A stretch of DNA of 64,000 bases from Octopus sinensis (taxonomy: Eukaryota), in assembly GCF_006345805.1 (NCBI RefSeq), contig NC_043006.1, forward strand, positions 27,032,001 through 27,096,000, in the 5' to 3' direction. Shown in pieces: positions 36,490 to 47,761 of this stretch (its first letter is position 1; every line of letters starts with the position of its first letter). Made by a program: the position numbers and the translations under genes. The notes under the pieces were generated by a model that ran no database searches, was not told the DNA's origin, and saw nothing but the letters and a program-made list of their open reading frames with translations.

Positions 36490-37235
36490 CATCATCATCG
36501 TTTAACGTCTGTTTTCCATGCTAGCATGGGTTGAACGGTTCGACTGGGGTTTGGGAAGCCAGGAGGCTGCACCAGGCTCCAGTGTGATCTGGCAGTGTTT
36601 CTACAGCTGGATGCCCTTCCTAACACCAACTACTCCGTGAGTGTAGTGGGTGCTTTTTACATGCCACCGGCACAGAGGCCAGAGGAGGCTGGCAACAGCC
36701 ATGATCAGTTGGTGCTTTTTATGTGCCACCGGCACAGAAGCCAGTCAAGACGGCGCTGGCATGGGCCATATTCGGATGGTGCCTTTTACATGCCACCGGC
36801 ATGGGTATCACAACTACAATTTCCATTTGATGTTGATGTACTTGACTCAAGCACAGCAGGTCACCCTACAATCCAAGATACTTTTGAATGGGCTGGAGCT
36901 GGTTATGTGAAACTGGATACAGCCGTGAACTCACTTTATTTGCCGGGTCTTTGCAGTCACAGCATATCTTCAGAAGTTTCTGTCCTTTGTCATTGCCTCT
37001 GTGAGGCCAAGTGTTCAAAGGTCGTGCTTGACCACCTCGTCCCATGTCTTCCTGGGTCTACCGCTACTCTGGATTCCTTCAACTGTTTGGGAGTGGCACT
37101 TCTTCACACATCTCTCTTCATCCATCCGTAGTATACGACCATACCAGAGCAAACGTCTCTCTAGCATGCCACATCCTATGCTTCTTATGTCCAACATTTC
37201 TCTCAGGTCACAACTTCCAGAGAGCCAGTGGGACT
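36490..37235 (-). mobile_element. RTE-clade LINE 3' end (RT C-terminus + 3' UTR + (GAT)n tail)
   Basis: ORF 37015-37197 contains GRPRKTWDEVVKHDL, contiguous with the repeat-bearing UTR. This links the many short 'tail' repeats to this LINE. Confidence 0.9.
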
Positions 37236-38029
37236 TTTAACTAAAATAAAAGTTCAAGTTCTTTTCTATAATGTTTTCCATCACATAGTTACTAAATTAC
37301 TTAAATTAATTAATATGGCTTTTAAATAAGAAATGTAAAGTCATATACCCAAAATAGTTCCCAAGCAAAGAAATTCAGCTTACCACAAATAATAACTTAA
37401 AATTCATATTTCTTGTTCACTGCAATTCATACTGTAGACTACAATAAAAGGCTTTTTTTACCCTCTGGGATCCCCCCCCCCCCTATATTCTAGAACTTTC
37501 TCTCCAGAATTCAACTGTTTACATTCTACCCCACTCCACCCATTCCTGCACCTTTTTCACTTCAGTGGAGTACAGAGTTTGAGAGACAACTAGTTCAAAA
37601 CTTTTGTACAGCAAAATTTTGGTATAATTTCTTAATTTTTCTTCAACCTTAGTCATTCTCAACGAATTCAGTAAGTATTTTCTATTAGTGCAACAAGTTT
37701 TCTGAAAAATATTTTAGGATGCTTTACATTTGTTTTGAACTATGCGTTCCTTCACTTTTCATCCGACTCCAAGGGATTTGCATCAGTTTACCACATTTAA
37801 TGAGCAGCAGAAGCTGATGTCTAAATAGTAATTTACTATCTCAACCAAAGTGATCTTGATAAAATTGCATACATGGCTGTTGACATAAGAGATGACATTG
37901 GTTGTTTTGACAGCAATTATCAAAAACACTGACAGGTTGATGATAATAATAATAATAATGTGTGTGTGTACACACGCATATATGTATTTATATATATGTA
38001 TATAAGTTTAACTACAGATGTTTATACTC

Positions 38030-38700
38030 CCGCTTTTGTTGCCTCATAACTTCCAGAAAATTGGATACTTTTTAACGGAATTTTCAACAAATAATGGCTT
38101 AGATCCTGTAGATTGAGTGTATGTAAAGATTTGTTGGGAAAACTTTTTCCAAGAGGTTGGGGAGAGGAGTTTCGGAAAATTCATACGACTCAACATTTTC
38201 CCTTTCATAACTTTTTATGATTTTTTTATCCCCACTCCCTGCTCCCGATTGTTTCTATTTACATAATTCTAAAATATTGGAAAGCCTGAGAAGATTATTG
38301 TTGGGATTTATCCAGAGTGATTTTTAACAAGAGATATGCAAAAGATGATTTATTTTAATACTTTTTCTTACACACACGCATACACGGCCTCGCTCAGTTG
38401 GAGTGCGAATAAAAATTAAAAATTTTTAAAATTTGTTTATATCCCAGCAATGAACTACGTGTGTTACTTTGACATTATCATTCCATTAAATGTGTTTATG
38501 GGGAGAAAAATATTGAAAAACATCGATAGATGTGAGAGTGGGAAACAAAGATGCCTCCCATCGTTCCGACTTATGTGGGCCGTTCTGATCCGAAACTCCG
38601 TTTTCCAGAAACTCCTCTCCCCGCCCTCTTCAAAAACCTTTTACCTACAAATTTCTTTGTACTCGTAATCTAGACCGTCTGAAAGGTATCTGTATAAAAT
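38030..38700. mobile_element. Non-autonomous element with long subterminal inverted repeats
   Basis: ~38100-38180 is inverted relative to ~38600-38680; internal attccatta.atgtgttta.ggggagaaaaata shared with 44130-44575. Confidence 0.6.
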
Positions 38701-38744
38701 GTCATGTATACAAATTTCCTGCCTGTACATACACACACACACAC

Positions 38745-38870
38745 AAGAAAGGCAACTGAAATAAAGTACCAGTTACGCACTGGGGTCGATGTAATCGACT
38801 TAACTCCTTTGTCTGTCCTTGTTTGTCCCCTCTATGTTTATCCCCTTGTGGGCAGTAAAGAAATATATAT
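38745..38870 (+). mobile_element. SINE family 2, 3' fragment
   Basis: ataaagtaccagttacgcactggggtcgatgtaatcgacttaa...ccccttgtgggcagtaaagaaata. Confidence 0.7.
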
Positions 38871-39848
38871 ATATAACTGAATTTAACCGCTATTAGATTC
38901 AATGTAATTTTTTTCTTTGGTCAGCACCAACTATTATTTCACTAAGATTGCTAATGTAAATAAAGGGACAGAGATGAGAGGGAAAGAGCTATCGAAAAAT
39001 AAATGTCATTAGACGACAAAACGACATATAATTATCCAAAGAAAGATACAGTAAAACAACGATGTAATAAAAGCATAAGTAGTCAGGGTTCGAAAATGGA
39101 GAAATATTGATTTCTTTCATAAACGGAAAGACAGAATGTGACATTGATTAGCGACATCACAAAGTCTTGGAGATAGAATCGAGCAATAAAATCATTATCT
39201 ATTAAAATAACAAATCTAAAACAAATATCGTTTAAAAATAAGAATATTGAAGTGGTCGAAGGTCATATTTTGGGAGGCAAAATATATGAGGAAGTTACAT
39301 AACGAAAGAATTTTGCAATTACGATTCGTCCTTTAAAATTTAAAACATTATCTCATCAAGTCAGAAAGTAAAACAGAACAACACAATTTTGTTGGAATAT
39401 TCTACAATAGGGCCTGCAATCCTTTCATGTAATATATTAAACATATCAAACAGCGGCTAAGCTATCTTCTAACACCACAAGGTGGATCATTACTGACTGA
39501 TTAAACAAGACAAGCGATAAATACGGTTTATAGAAGATTACGCTAACCTTGTCAACAAAACGACTCTCTTACAGAATAGCCAACCATCAAAATAACGAAA
39601 GTAATCGTCTTTCACTTTCCGACAAGAAATAGCAATAGTTTTATTACTAATGGACTGTTCCGTTTAAGGTTTTAGATTTAATTCATATAGGACACTCGTT
39701 GACGCACTTTCTCTAAACTTATTTCCTATTTACTATAACATCGCGGTTTATTATTTAAGCTTAACATTACACACGCGTATATGTATATACATTTTTATTC
39801 TTTTATATGTTTCAGCGCTGAGGCTGTGGCCATGCTGGGGCACCTCCA

Positions 39849-40055
39849 ATATTAATCTAAGAGTACACGGCCGATCTTACGAATCGGTTTCGCACTAGTT
39901 GTTCAACGGAATGTTAGGTAACAGTCCGACTATGTAACCCTGCGCAGGGTTACATAATCGAACTGTTACCTAACACTCCGTTGAACCCCTGGTGCAAAAC
40001 CGATTCGTAAGATCGGTCGTAATGGATATATAATACTGTACTCTTCGATTAATAT
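39849..40055. repeat. Loop-less palindrome (154-bp core 39867-40020 plus 18-bp outer arms)
   Basis: Centre TGCGCA (39941-39946); 8 mismatches in 77 bp by manual alignment; outer arms ATATTAATCTAAGAGTAC / GTACTCTTCGATTAATAT with a 17-nt bulge. Confidence 0.92.
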
Positions 40056-40458
40056 ATCAACTCAACTGACAGACATACGAGTGCATTTTTTCCTGATTTA
40101 TGGACTCTTAGACGGCTCACACACACACATAAACTGTCAATAGTTTACATATCCGAAAAAGAAGCACACTCTAAAGCATTAGAGCAATAATATATTTAAT
40201 ATATTTTTTTAGGAAGTGTGAAACCAATGTTCGCTCTATGATTGGCCATAACTTTAAATTTCCTATATATATATATTATCCGAAAAGTATAGTGTTAAAT
40301 ATCTATCCCGTCGGCAAAACATAAATTGAAGAAGCACACTCTAAGTTATAGAACGCAATATAATATATATATATATATATAAGTTGTATCCGTGAGCATC
40401 GGTGGTGCCCCAGCATGGCCGCGGCCTTCGGGCTAAAACATTTTAAAGGATTTTAAGG

Positions 40459-40506
<48 letters not shown>

Positions 40507-40519
40507 GTGTTTTTTTAAT

Positions 40520-40895
40520 GCCTTTTTGACTATGAGACAAAATATATTTTTTACAAATGTTCACCAACTTGCAAAAACTATATAAGCTAGGCAAATGACT
40601 TTTTAAAAATTCATTAAAACCTATAACACATTCAGAACACTATTGCAGAAAATTATCACCGTTCTCTTTGAGCATATATACATGACAAATTAAGCTGGGG
40701 CAAAATGAGTAAGACAAGACAAGGTAATTTTGCTGCTTCAATTCTCCAAAATTACATTTGAAAACAGACTCATACACATCACTATCCATCCTTAAACATC
40801 AGAATGATAAGAAATGCAAAATTTAAAATATTTAGATCAAATGAAAGAGGGTCATGGAAAATGGTACAGGATAGGAAATTAACGAAACTAGACTA
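40520..40895 (+). repeat. Unclassified dispersed repeat (~370 bp)
   Basis: Colinear with 62172-62512: tgagacaaaata...acaaatgttcac...gaaaacagactcatacacatc...tcaaatgaaagagg...gaaact.gac. Confidence 0.75.
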
Positions 40896-41418
40896 AAAAA
40901 TTAAAACAAAGAAATAAATAAATAACTTTACGTAATATATTATCTGAAGCTTCTGCACGATCTGCTGGTGCGATTCTCTTCCCGATATATTTACGCACCA
41001 TGCAGTTAAAATGAAGAAATTATTGAAATTAGATATTACTGATTCTGCCCCATTTTAGACTTTTTCCTTGAAACTTGAAAATGATCAAATTGGACATTAG
41101 TGAGGGTAAAACTGACTTGGACACCAACAGAGAAAAGAATATTGATTATTGAACACAAAAAATTATCCAGATATTATTTCATTAACAACCTCAATCACAA
41201 TCGGGTCGAAGTGGAGGAAATAATTCTTGAAAAAAATACGTCACCTGGCTATATTGAAACTAGCTCGACTTCAATAATAACCATAGTGACCAAGTATTAC
41301 TTCCCAGGATGATGTAATACTTGCAATATAATGGTTTCAAACAGGTGTATGTGGAGGGTAAACGAGAAATCAGAAATTACACATCTGACCCCGGTTACTA
41401 ATTTTGCTCCACTTCTAT

Positions 41419-41483
<65 letters not shown>

Positions 41484-41710
41484 CACACTAAACGTTTCGA
41501 ATATGCAAATAAAGCTCCTATTCCATTATGCCGTCCATAGTCTAATTATGCTGATTGGTGAACCAGGTTTTGGGGTCGCATTGAGCAGTACAGATATAAT
41601 GTAGGATAAATATAGTAATAACAATAATTCTTGGATGGAATTTATAAACATTTAATGCATCGCTACGCGCGTTTCCACAAATCACACGTCTCTCAAGATA
41701 GCAGGGATGA

Positions 41711-41744
41711 CTAGTGTAGTCCGTTGTACCCGTGAGCATCGGGT
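41711..41744 (-). mobile_element. Helitron-like 3' terminus
   Basis: Minus strand: hairpin ACCCG-ATGCTCA-CGGGT, 13-nt spacer, CTAG followed by T. A second copy of the hairpin (ccgtgagcatcgg) lies at 40390-40402. 5' end not identified. Confidence 0.6.
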
Positions 41745-42739
41745 AGGTCATCTTCATGGATTCATTTCTTCGGGTGGTATAACATTAATGGATGTTTACC
41801 ACTTTTGATCAGTGCGAAGGTTGATTGAGTTATTGAGTTAACTCAACCAACCTTCTCAAAATGTTGTCAAATCAAATGAGCAGAAAGATAATATCATGGT
41901 ATAAATTAATGTTGACTGCACGTGGAATTATATAATCCACCTTAAAAAATGAAAACAACACTTTAAATGTTACTGACGTGTTCTCTCAATGGTTTTCGAG
42001 TCAAATGTGAACCACGTGCCTAAAATATATTTAGCTTGCATTGGTAAATACATTTTCATTAAAAAAAAAATTTAAGCATTTCAAATTTTCTAAAAGGGAA
42101 ACTAACAATGTCTAATGCTTACATTATTGAATGCACATTACTTTCATCGGATATTCTATAGTACAAACGAAGAAACAACCCCTAGTCAAATATCTCCTTT
42201 ATTTAAGATAAAGTGGAAGCAGATTTGGCTGCTACTTCCAACAGGTCGAGATTCCCTCGTGGTGAAATTAGGCTTGAAAATAAAACATCGTAAACATTGA
42301 GTAACAGTAAACAGAAAGTACATAGCACACTCGCACACATTTATGACTGAAGATATTCTTGTTGATACTATCAATAGAGATAGATTGCAATGCCCTATCG
42401 TCATACCAAAATCTATAATAAGCAATTCACTTCATTCCATTCATTACACACTGCATGAAACTAACACTAAAACATCACCATTAAACGAACTATGCTTTCA
42501 ATAGTTAAATAGTTGCAGACAAATATTATAATGAAAAGTCTGAGTTTTACAACACCAGCAGGATCTTTTATAGATTAAAAAAAAAAAAACACGGTAAAAT
42601 CTAGTAAAAGGAAAATAATGGTTTAAGTGATTGTTAGACGTTGTGGAAATTTCAGGTAAGAACATGCTACACGTGATACAAAGCATAAAAGAAAAACAGA
42701 AATTAAATTTCGAAAGGTTACCATACAAAATCTACTTAC

Positions 42740-42793
42740 CACAATACCAATTTCTGGTTTCCCTTTTAAGGTGCCATTTTTTGACGATGCCAT
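42740..42793 (-). CDS. HPRT1: HPRT coding exon 1 (MASSKNGTLKGKPEIGIV)
   Basis: ATG at 42793-42791 (context gagaattATGG), 54 nt open, ends GTG|gtaagt; phase 0 joins exon 2 (IKDDY), equivalent to human 'VV|ISDDE'. Confidence 0.85.
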
Positions 42794-43600
42794 AATTCTC
42801 CGTCCACTTCATACACTTCAAAGAAAACTAGTCGCCACACGATGAGGTGTCCACAAAACTGCAGAATTAGGTCATTCCGATTCGGTTATTCTCAAGAATT
42901 TAGCGTTCGTCAAAATTGTTCCGTCATTCACATGTTACCTAATACAGTGAATTATAAAAGCAAGAGGGAATGAATTCAATTGAGCAGCACGAAATTATTT
43001 TAGCTTCTTATTTTCTAAACTGAAACTGAAATTTCAAATAATTTTAAACGAAATTACTATCAAGCTTTATCCTTTCACTTTTATTTCGACAAAGCGGTGT
43101 TTCACGATGTAATATCCGCTGTTTAATGTTTCAAAACATGTTTTTATTTACCACCAAAATTTGAAATCCTTAATTGCCCACAAAAGAGTATCACTGAGGA
43201 ATAAATTCTAAGGAGTCACTGGCATTTTTTTTATCAAGCAGTTTGATTTATAAGAACTTAAATGAAGTGAAAGCTGAATGCCTCATATTTACTGTTCATA
43301 TAACCTCACATCAGCTCTGATCGAGTATACCTACGACTAAATGCCTTCCATCCGTGACAGTCTCATCTTATTTATCTACGATTACATTATCCGATGTTTC
43401 CTTTTTAAGAGAAGTGTGATTTAATTATATTTGGCGTTTAATTTGAAATAAAGGTATTTCTTTTCACTACAAATATTTCGATTTAAAAAAAAATACAATA
43501 TTTAAACTAAGTTTTCGTTTAGTATATACCAAAAAGAATTTTTAAATAAACGTTCGCGTTCATTAAAAAAAATGTCTTAAAATTTTTATTCAAGTTCAAA
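42794..43600 (-). promoter_or_regulatory. Probable HPRT 5' UTR / proximal promoter
   Basis: Non-repetitive sequence directly upstream of the ATG with visibly retained CpGs compared with the CpG-poor introns. TSS not determinable. Confidence 0.5.
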
Positions 43601-44129
43601 ACTAAACAACACACTTGAATTAATTGTATTAAAATTCTTTTCATAGCTAAGCTGCTTGCTAGGAATATACTTGACTTCATTGTACAGCTGTCCACTACAG
43701 ACCCTGTCTGTCATCTTTTGGGGGAAATGGTCATACTTCATCGTAGGTCAAGCATACAGTCTTCACAAAGAAAAGGGTGGTTCGTTACACGTTACTATAT
43801 TCATGACTGGTGGCAAACAGTGTGTATTTGCTAGTAACAACACCGAATGCATTTTTGATATCACTCTTAGTTGTGGCCTTTGTTATGTTTACACTGTAAT
43901 CAGCAAACCCTACAAAATGTGTAAACAATTTTTTATTTTGCTCTAAAATGATTGAGGGGATATAATTCCGAGAAAAAAACACAGGATTGCGATACCTGAC
44001 GATAGTCCAAAGTCACAGCTAGTACCGGTTTAAGGTACAGCAACACTGGGTTGGTTTGTCGGAAGCCCCACGAGCCTAAGGGCTCAATGCTAATCTGTGT
44101 AAAGAGCCCTTGGCGGAATTTTGGTTTAA

Positions 44130-44575
44130 GCACCCCTTAACTTTTTTTTCATTTTTTGGAATATTCAGAAAATTTTTGCGAATTTGTGTTCTACACATGT
44201 GAATTCATACGATTATGAAAAAAAGAATTCTAAATTTTTAAACACCCCCATCCCTCATAGCCACCTCATCCCATAATTCCTGAGAGTTCCACTCTTTTTG
44301 GAAACTTTAAAAATCAGAGTTTAAAGTACGGACAGTCTGAATTTTTTGCTTAAAACCCTCGGGTGCATCATTATTCCATTAGATGTGTTTACGGGGAGAA
44401 AAATAACGAGGAAGGTGGTTGTGAAATTGCTAAAAATAACAGCTAAATCGCCCTTAAATCACACAAAACTTTTTCTATAACCGTATGAATTCCCGCGTGT
44501 AGAACATAAATTCGCAAAAATTTTCCGAAAATTCCAAAAACTAAAAAGAAGGTTATAAAGGGTTATAACCAGAAT
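44130..44575. mobile_element. Related element with long inverted arms
   Basis: 44158-44225 (ggaatattcagaaaatttttgcgaatttgtgttctacac...) is inverted relative to 44468-44537; shares a core with 38030-38700. Confidence 0.65.
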
Positions 44576-45767
44576 TCTGCTAAGCCCTTAATCCCTAGAG
44601 GGTCTCAGAAGTTTTTTCTTTCTTTTTTTTTTAATAAGTGAATATTTCTGCAACCTCTGATTAAAAAGAGTGTATAAAAATCTTCGTTCTATGTTGCATG
44701 GAATTCTTGGCTTTCGAGACAAAAAGAACGAAAACAAACTGTATCTAGTCCAAAAGAAGAAAAATTCCCAAGGAACATTAACTGTGAAATAAAAAAAAAA
44801 AAAAACATTGATTACCGGACGAAAAATTGACAACACCCATAAAACGCAAAACAAAAACCGTGCCAAAGATTGTACTAATGATAACGCGCGTGTATACATA
44901 CATATGCACACGTATTTGTGTGTTTGATGTGCATGTGTATGAATGTGTAGTTGCCTCTATGTATGCCTAAATGCTTGTTAGAAACGTAGGTAGGTCTATA
45001 CACCAACAGAAAATTTATATTTACCGAATCTCATTAAAAAAGCTAATTGAAAATTCACTTTGAAGCAAGCTTTTAACACTAATCCCTAAATTTGATCTAT
45101 CTTTGGCGTACACTCATATAGATCTGAACTATCACATGTTTATTTATAAACATTCCTGTATGAATCTTAAAAGTAGCATAACACCTACCTTCAACCTCTT
45201 ACACTAACAAACCTTTAAGAAATTATAAACAGATCTAACAAAACCCACAAGTTGTGTCCTGAAAGCAATCTATCTACCACATGAACTAGACAAATCTAAC
45301 TCACAGCACCTGGTTTTACATACATGCTCAACTGTATTCAAACAACAATCCCCACCACCACTTCTAAATATAACCATTCAGCAGTTCCTATATGATACAA
45401 ATACAACCTCTTTTTGTGAAACCAGTAAAAATATATCTATCATCCTTACCTCTGCATCCCACTCTATAAATGCCTATTTTTTCTCTTCTCCTTACCTCTT
45501 CTTATACAATTACTTCTTTCTCCCCACTAGGTTACATCACACCTAATGTTCATATACATCACTACACCACACACCCTTCTAAATGAAAATATATATAATG
45601 AAACCATATTATACGGCATAAAAAAAAATCAAGGTAAATTTCGATCTGCAAGTAAACCAAAACTTTAAAGTCATTGTAAAACTTTTCCTTGTGAAAATAA
45701 ATACGGTGCTCTAGTGTTCAATTGTTTTTATGTATAACTTGACATAAAATAAACGTGTGTGTACATA

Positions 45768-45882
<115 letters not shown>

Positions 45883-46382
45883 TAAATATTGATGTAGATA
45901 TACAAAAGCTAAGAGAACTAACTCAGAATGGCTGGTGGTGGTGGTGTGTATTTGAAAAGCAAATACAGATATGTTAAATACCATGTAGCATAAATTCTTG
46001 ATGGATGAGAGAGAGAGAGAGATGTCATGTAGATGGGTAAATTGCAAGAGGGTAAGGGGAGAGGCAGCATAGTGCATGGAGAGAGAGTGAGAAATGTATG
46101 ATGGTTAAAGAGAGATAATTTGATAGTACCTGATGGTGATCAATGTAAAATGTGGGTTAAGAGTAACGGTATTAATGAAGGCTGGATATCAAGTGAAATG
46201 TTTTTTGGTAGTAAGACAGATAAATGGTATCAGGGAAAACTAGTGAAATATGCAATTTTGATCATATTTAATTATAGCAGCAGAACATTGAATTATGCAG
46301 GTTATAGAGGAGCTGATGATAGAGAGATGATGGACGGTGAGGGGGCTTATGGGTGAGGACCCCAGTTGTGCATATATATATA

Positions 46383-46628
46383 GCAAATAAGAAAATGGAG
46401 GAGAACAATAGTTGGTTCATCAACTTTAGGACATTAAAAATGTTAACTTATTTATTTATTAAACTGATAATTATAATAACAACATACATATAGCATATTA
46501 TTCAATGCATATAAAATAAGGATACAAGTAATTATTAAAAATATCAGTTTAATAAATTAATAAATTAACATTTTTAATGTCCTAAAGTTGATGAACCAAC
46601 TAATGTTCTCCTCTATTTTCTTATTTGC
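46383..46628. repeat. Inverted repeat, 87-bp arms with 72-nt spacer
   Basis: 46383-46469 vs 46542-46628, 4 mismatches by manual alignment. Confidence 0.9.
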
Positions 46629-46720
46629 AACATAAATTAATGGTGAAATATCTCTTTACCTTCACCCATTTAATACACTAGGTAAGTTAATTGCAATGCA
46701 ATAAAAAGGAGATCGAAAAT

Positions 46721-46763
46721 CCACCTGACGAATGTCATTGAAGACATGAAACGATTGTAGTGG
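46721..46763 (+). ncRNA. Minimal type I hammerhead ribozyme motif (intact core)
   Basis: CCAC-CUGACGA-AUGUC(AUUGAA)GACAU-GAAA-C(GAUU)G-UA-GUGG: stem I CCAC/GUGG, stem II 5 bp, 2-bp stem III, GUA triplet, predicted cut after 46759. Confidence 0.8.
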
Positions 46764-46879
46764 CGGTTTATTTCTTTATATTAAAAATTTTTATGTATTG
46801 ATTAAGTCTTTCCTTGTTTGTATTGCAAAATAGTGGTTTTGTCTCGAATTAATATTATATATATATATATTGTGCTTCC

Positions 46880-47110
46880 AAAATCTCAATTTTGTTGAGA
46901 TGGATGGGTCTTCTCAGGAGCCATATGCCACCAGTCGTCCTGCTCCTTTGTCATCTACTCACTAGGGTTCAAAGTCCTAGGAGCAATCTTTACTACTTCG
47001 TCTCATGTTTTGCTTTCCATAAGCTTCATCCACATTAAGGGATTAGCACTTCATTATACAGCTGTCCTTATCCTTGTGAATCACATGTCCATATTAGTAC
47101 AGTGTTTTTG
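46880..47110 (-). mobile_element. RTE LINE short fragment
   Basis: Similar to 52100-52300 and 16780-16990. Confidence 0.5.
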
Positions 47111-47761
47111 CATCTATTTACAAGATATTGATTTCCTAATTAAGTCATTAATAAATAAATAAAAATAAATCATTATTGAATAATATCACCCTTTGAGGTA
47201 GAATGTAATGCATCTGATGCAAATATTTCAGACAACCTTAACTAATGAGAACAGCCTATAGTGTTCATGTTAATAATGCTACAAGGAAGCTAATTACACT
47301 ACTACATTGCAGAGAAAGAAGCAACTGCTATTATTGAGGCAGTGCAAAAAACAGTGCCACTGTAACCTGATTTCTCATCAGAGGTCAGTGACACAATAGG
47401 GTGTACAAAAATAATGCAAAGATTTGGGAGTGGAGACTGGATCTTCAGCATTAAGCTACAGAATGAATTATTGACACATTTAATCAAGCTTACACCTGTT
47501 CAGTTTTAACTATTTCCAAGTTTATTGACATACACGATAGACTATGTCATTCAAGATTAAAATATCTACTGCATTTTATTGGAGCAAAGAATCTCCCTTC
47601 TCTACAGAAGATGTGAGGAAGATTTGTGCATCTTATGGGTCTATGCTGGGCTATCACTCTCAAGAAGACACTCTTATCAAAGCAACAAAGTCTATGGAAC
47701 ACCTGAGTATGGACTTCAAGGGATCTTTGTCCACTGCTTCACATAATTCATACTTACTATT

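Noticed and set aside
36590-36810. Spaced GGTGCTTTTTA repeats as CRISPR
   Set aside because: Part of the RTE LINE 3' UTR, contiguous with the RT C-terminus.
43995-44030. Hammerhead at CTGACGA (43996-44002)
   Set aside because: No pairable stem II, no GAAA and no stem I.
44811-44880. Upstream non-coding first exon of HPRT (minus-strand gtaatc donor)
   Set aside because: Only a generic donor-like hexamer; no independent support.
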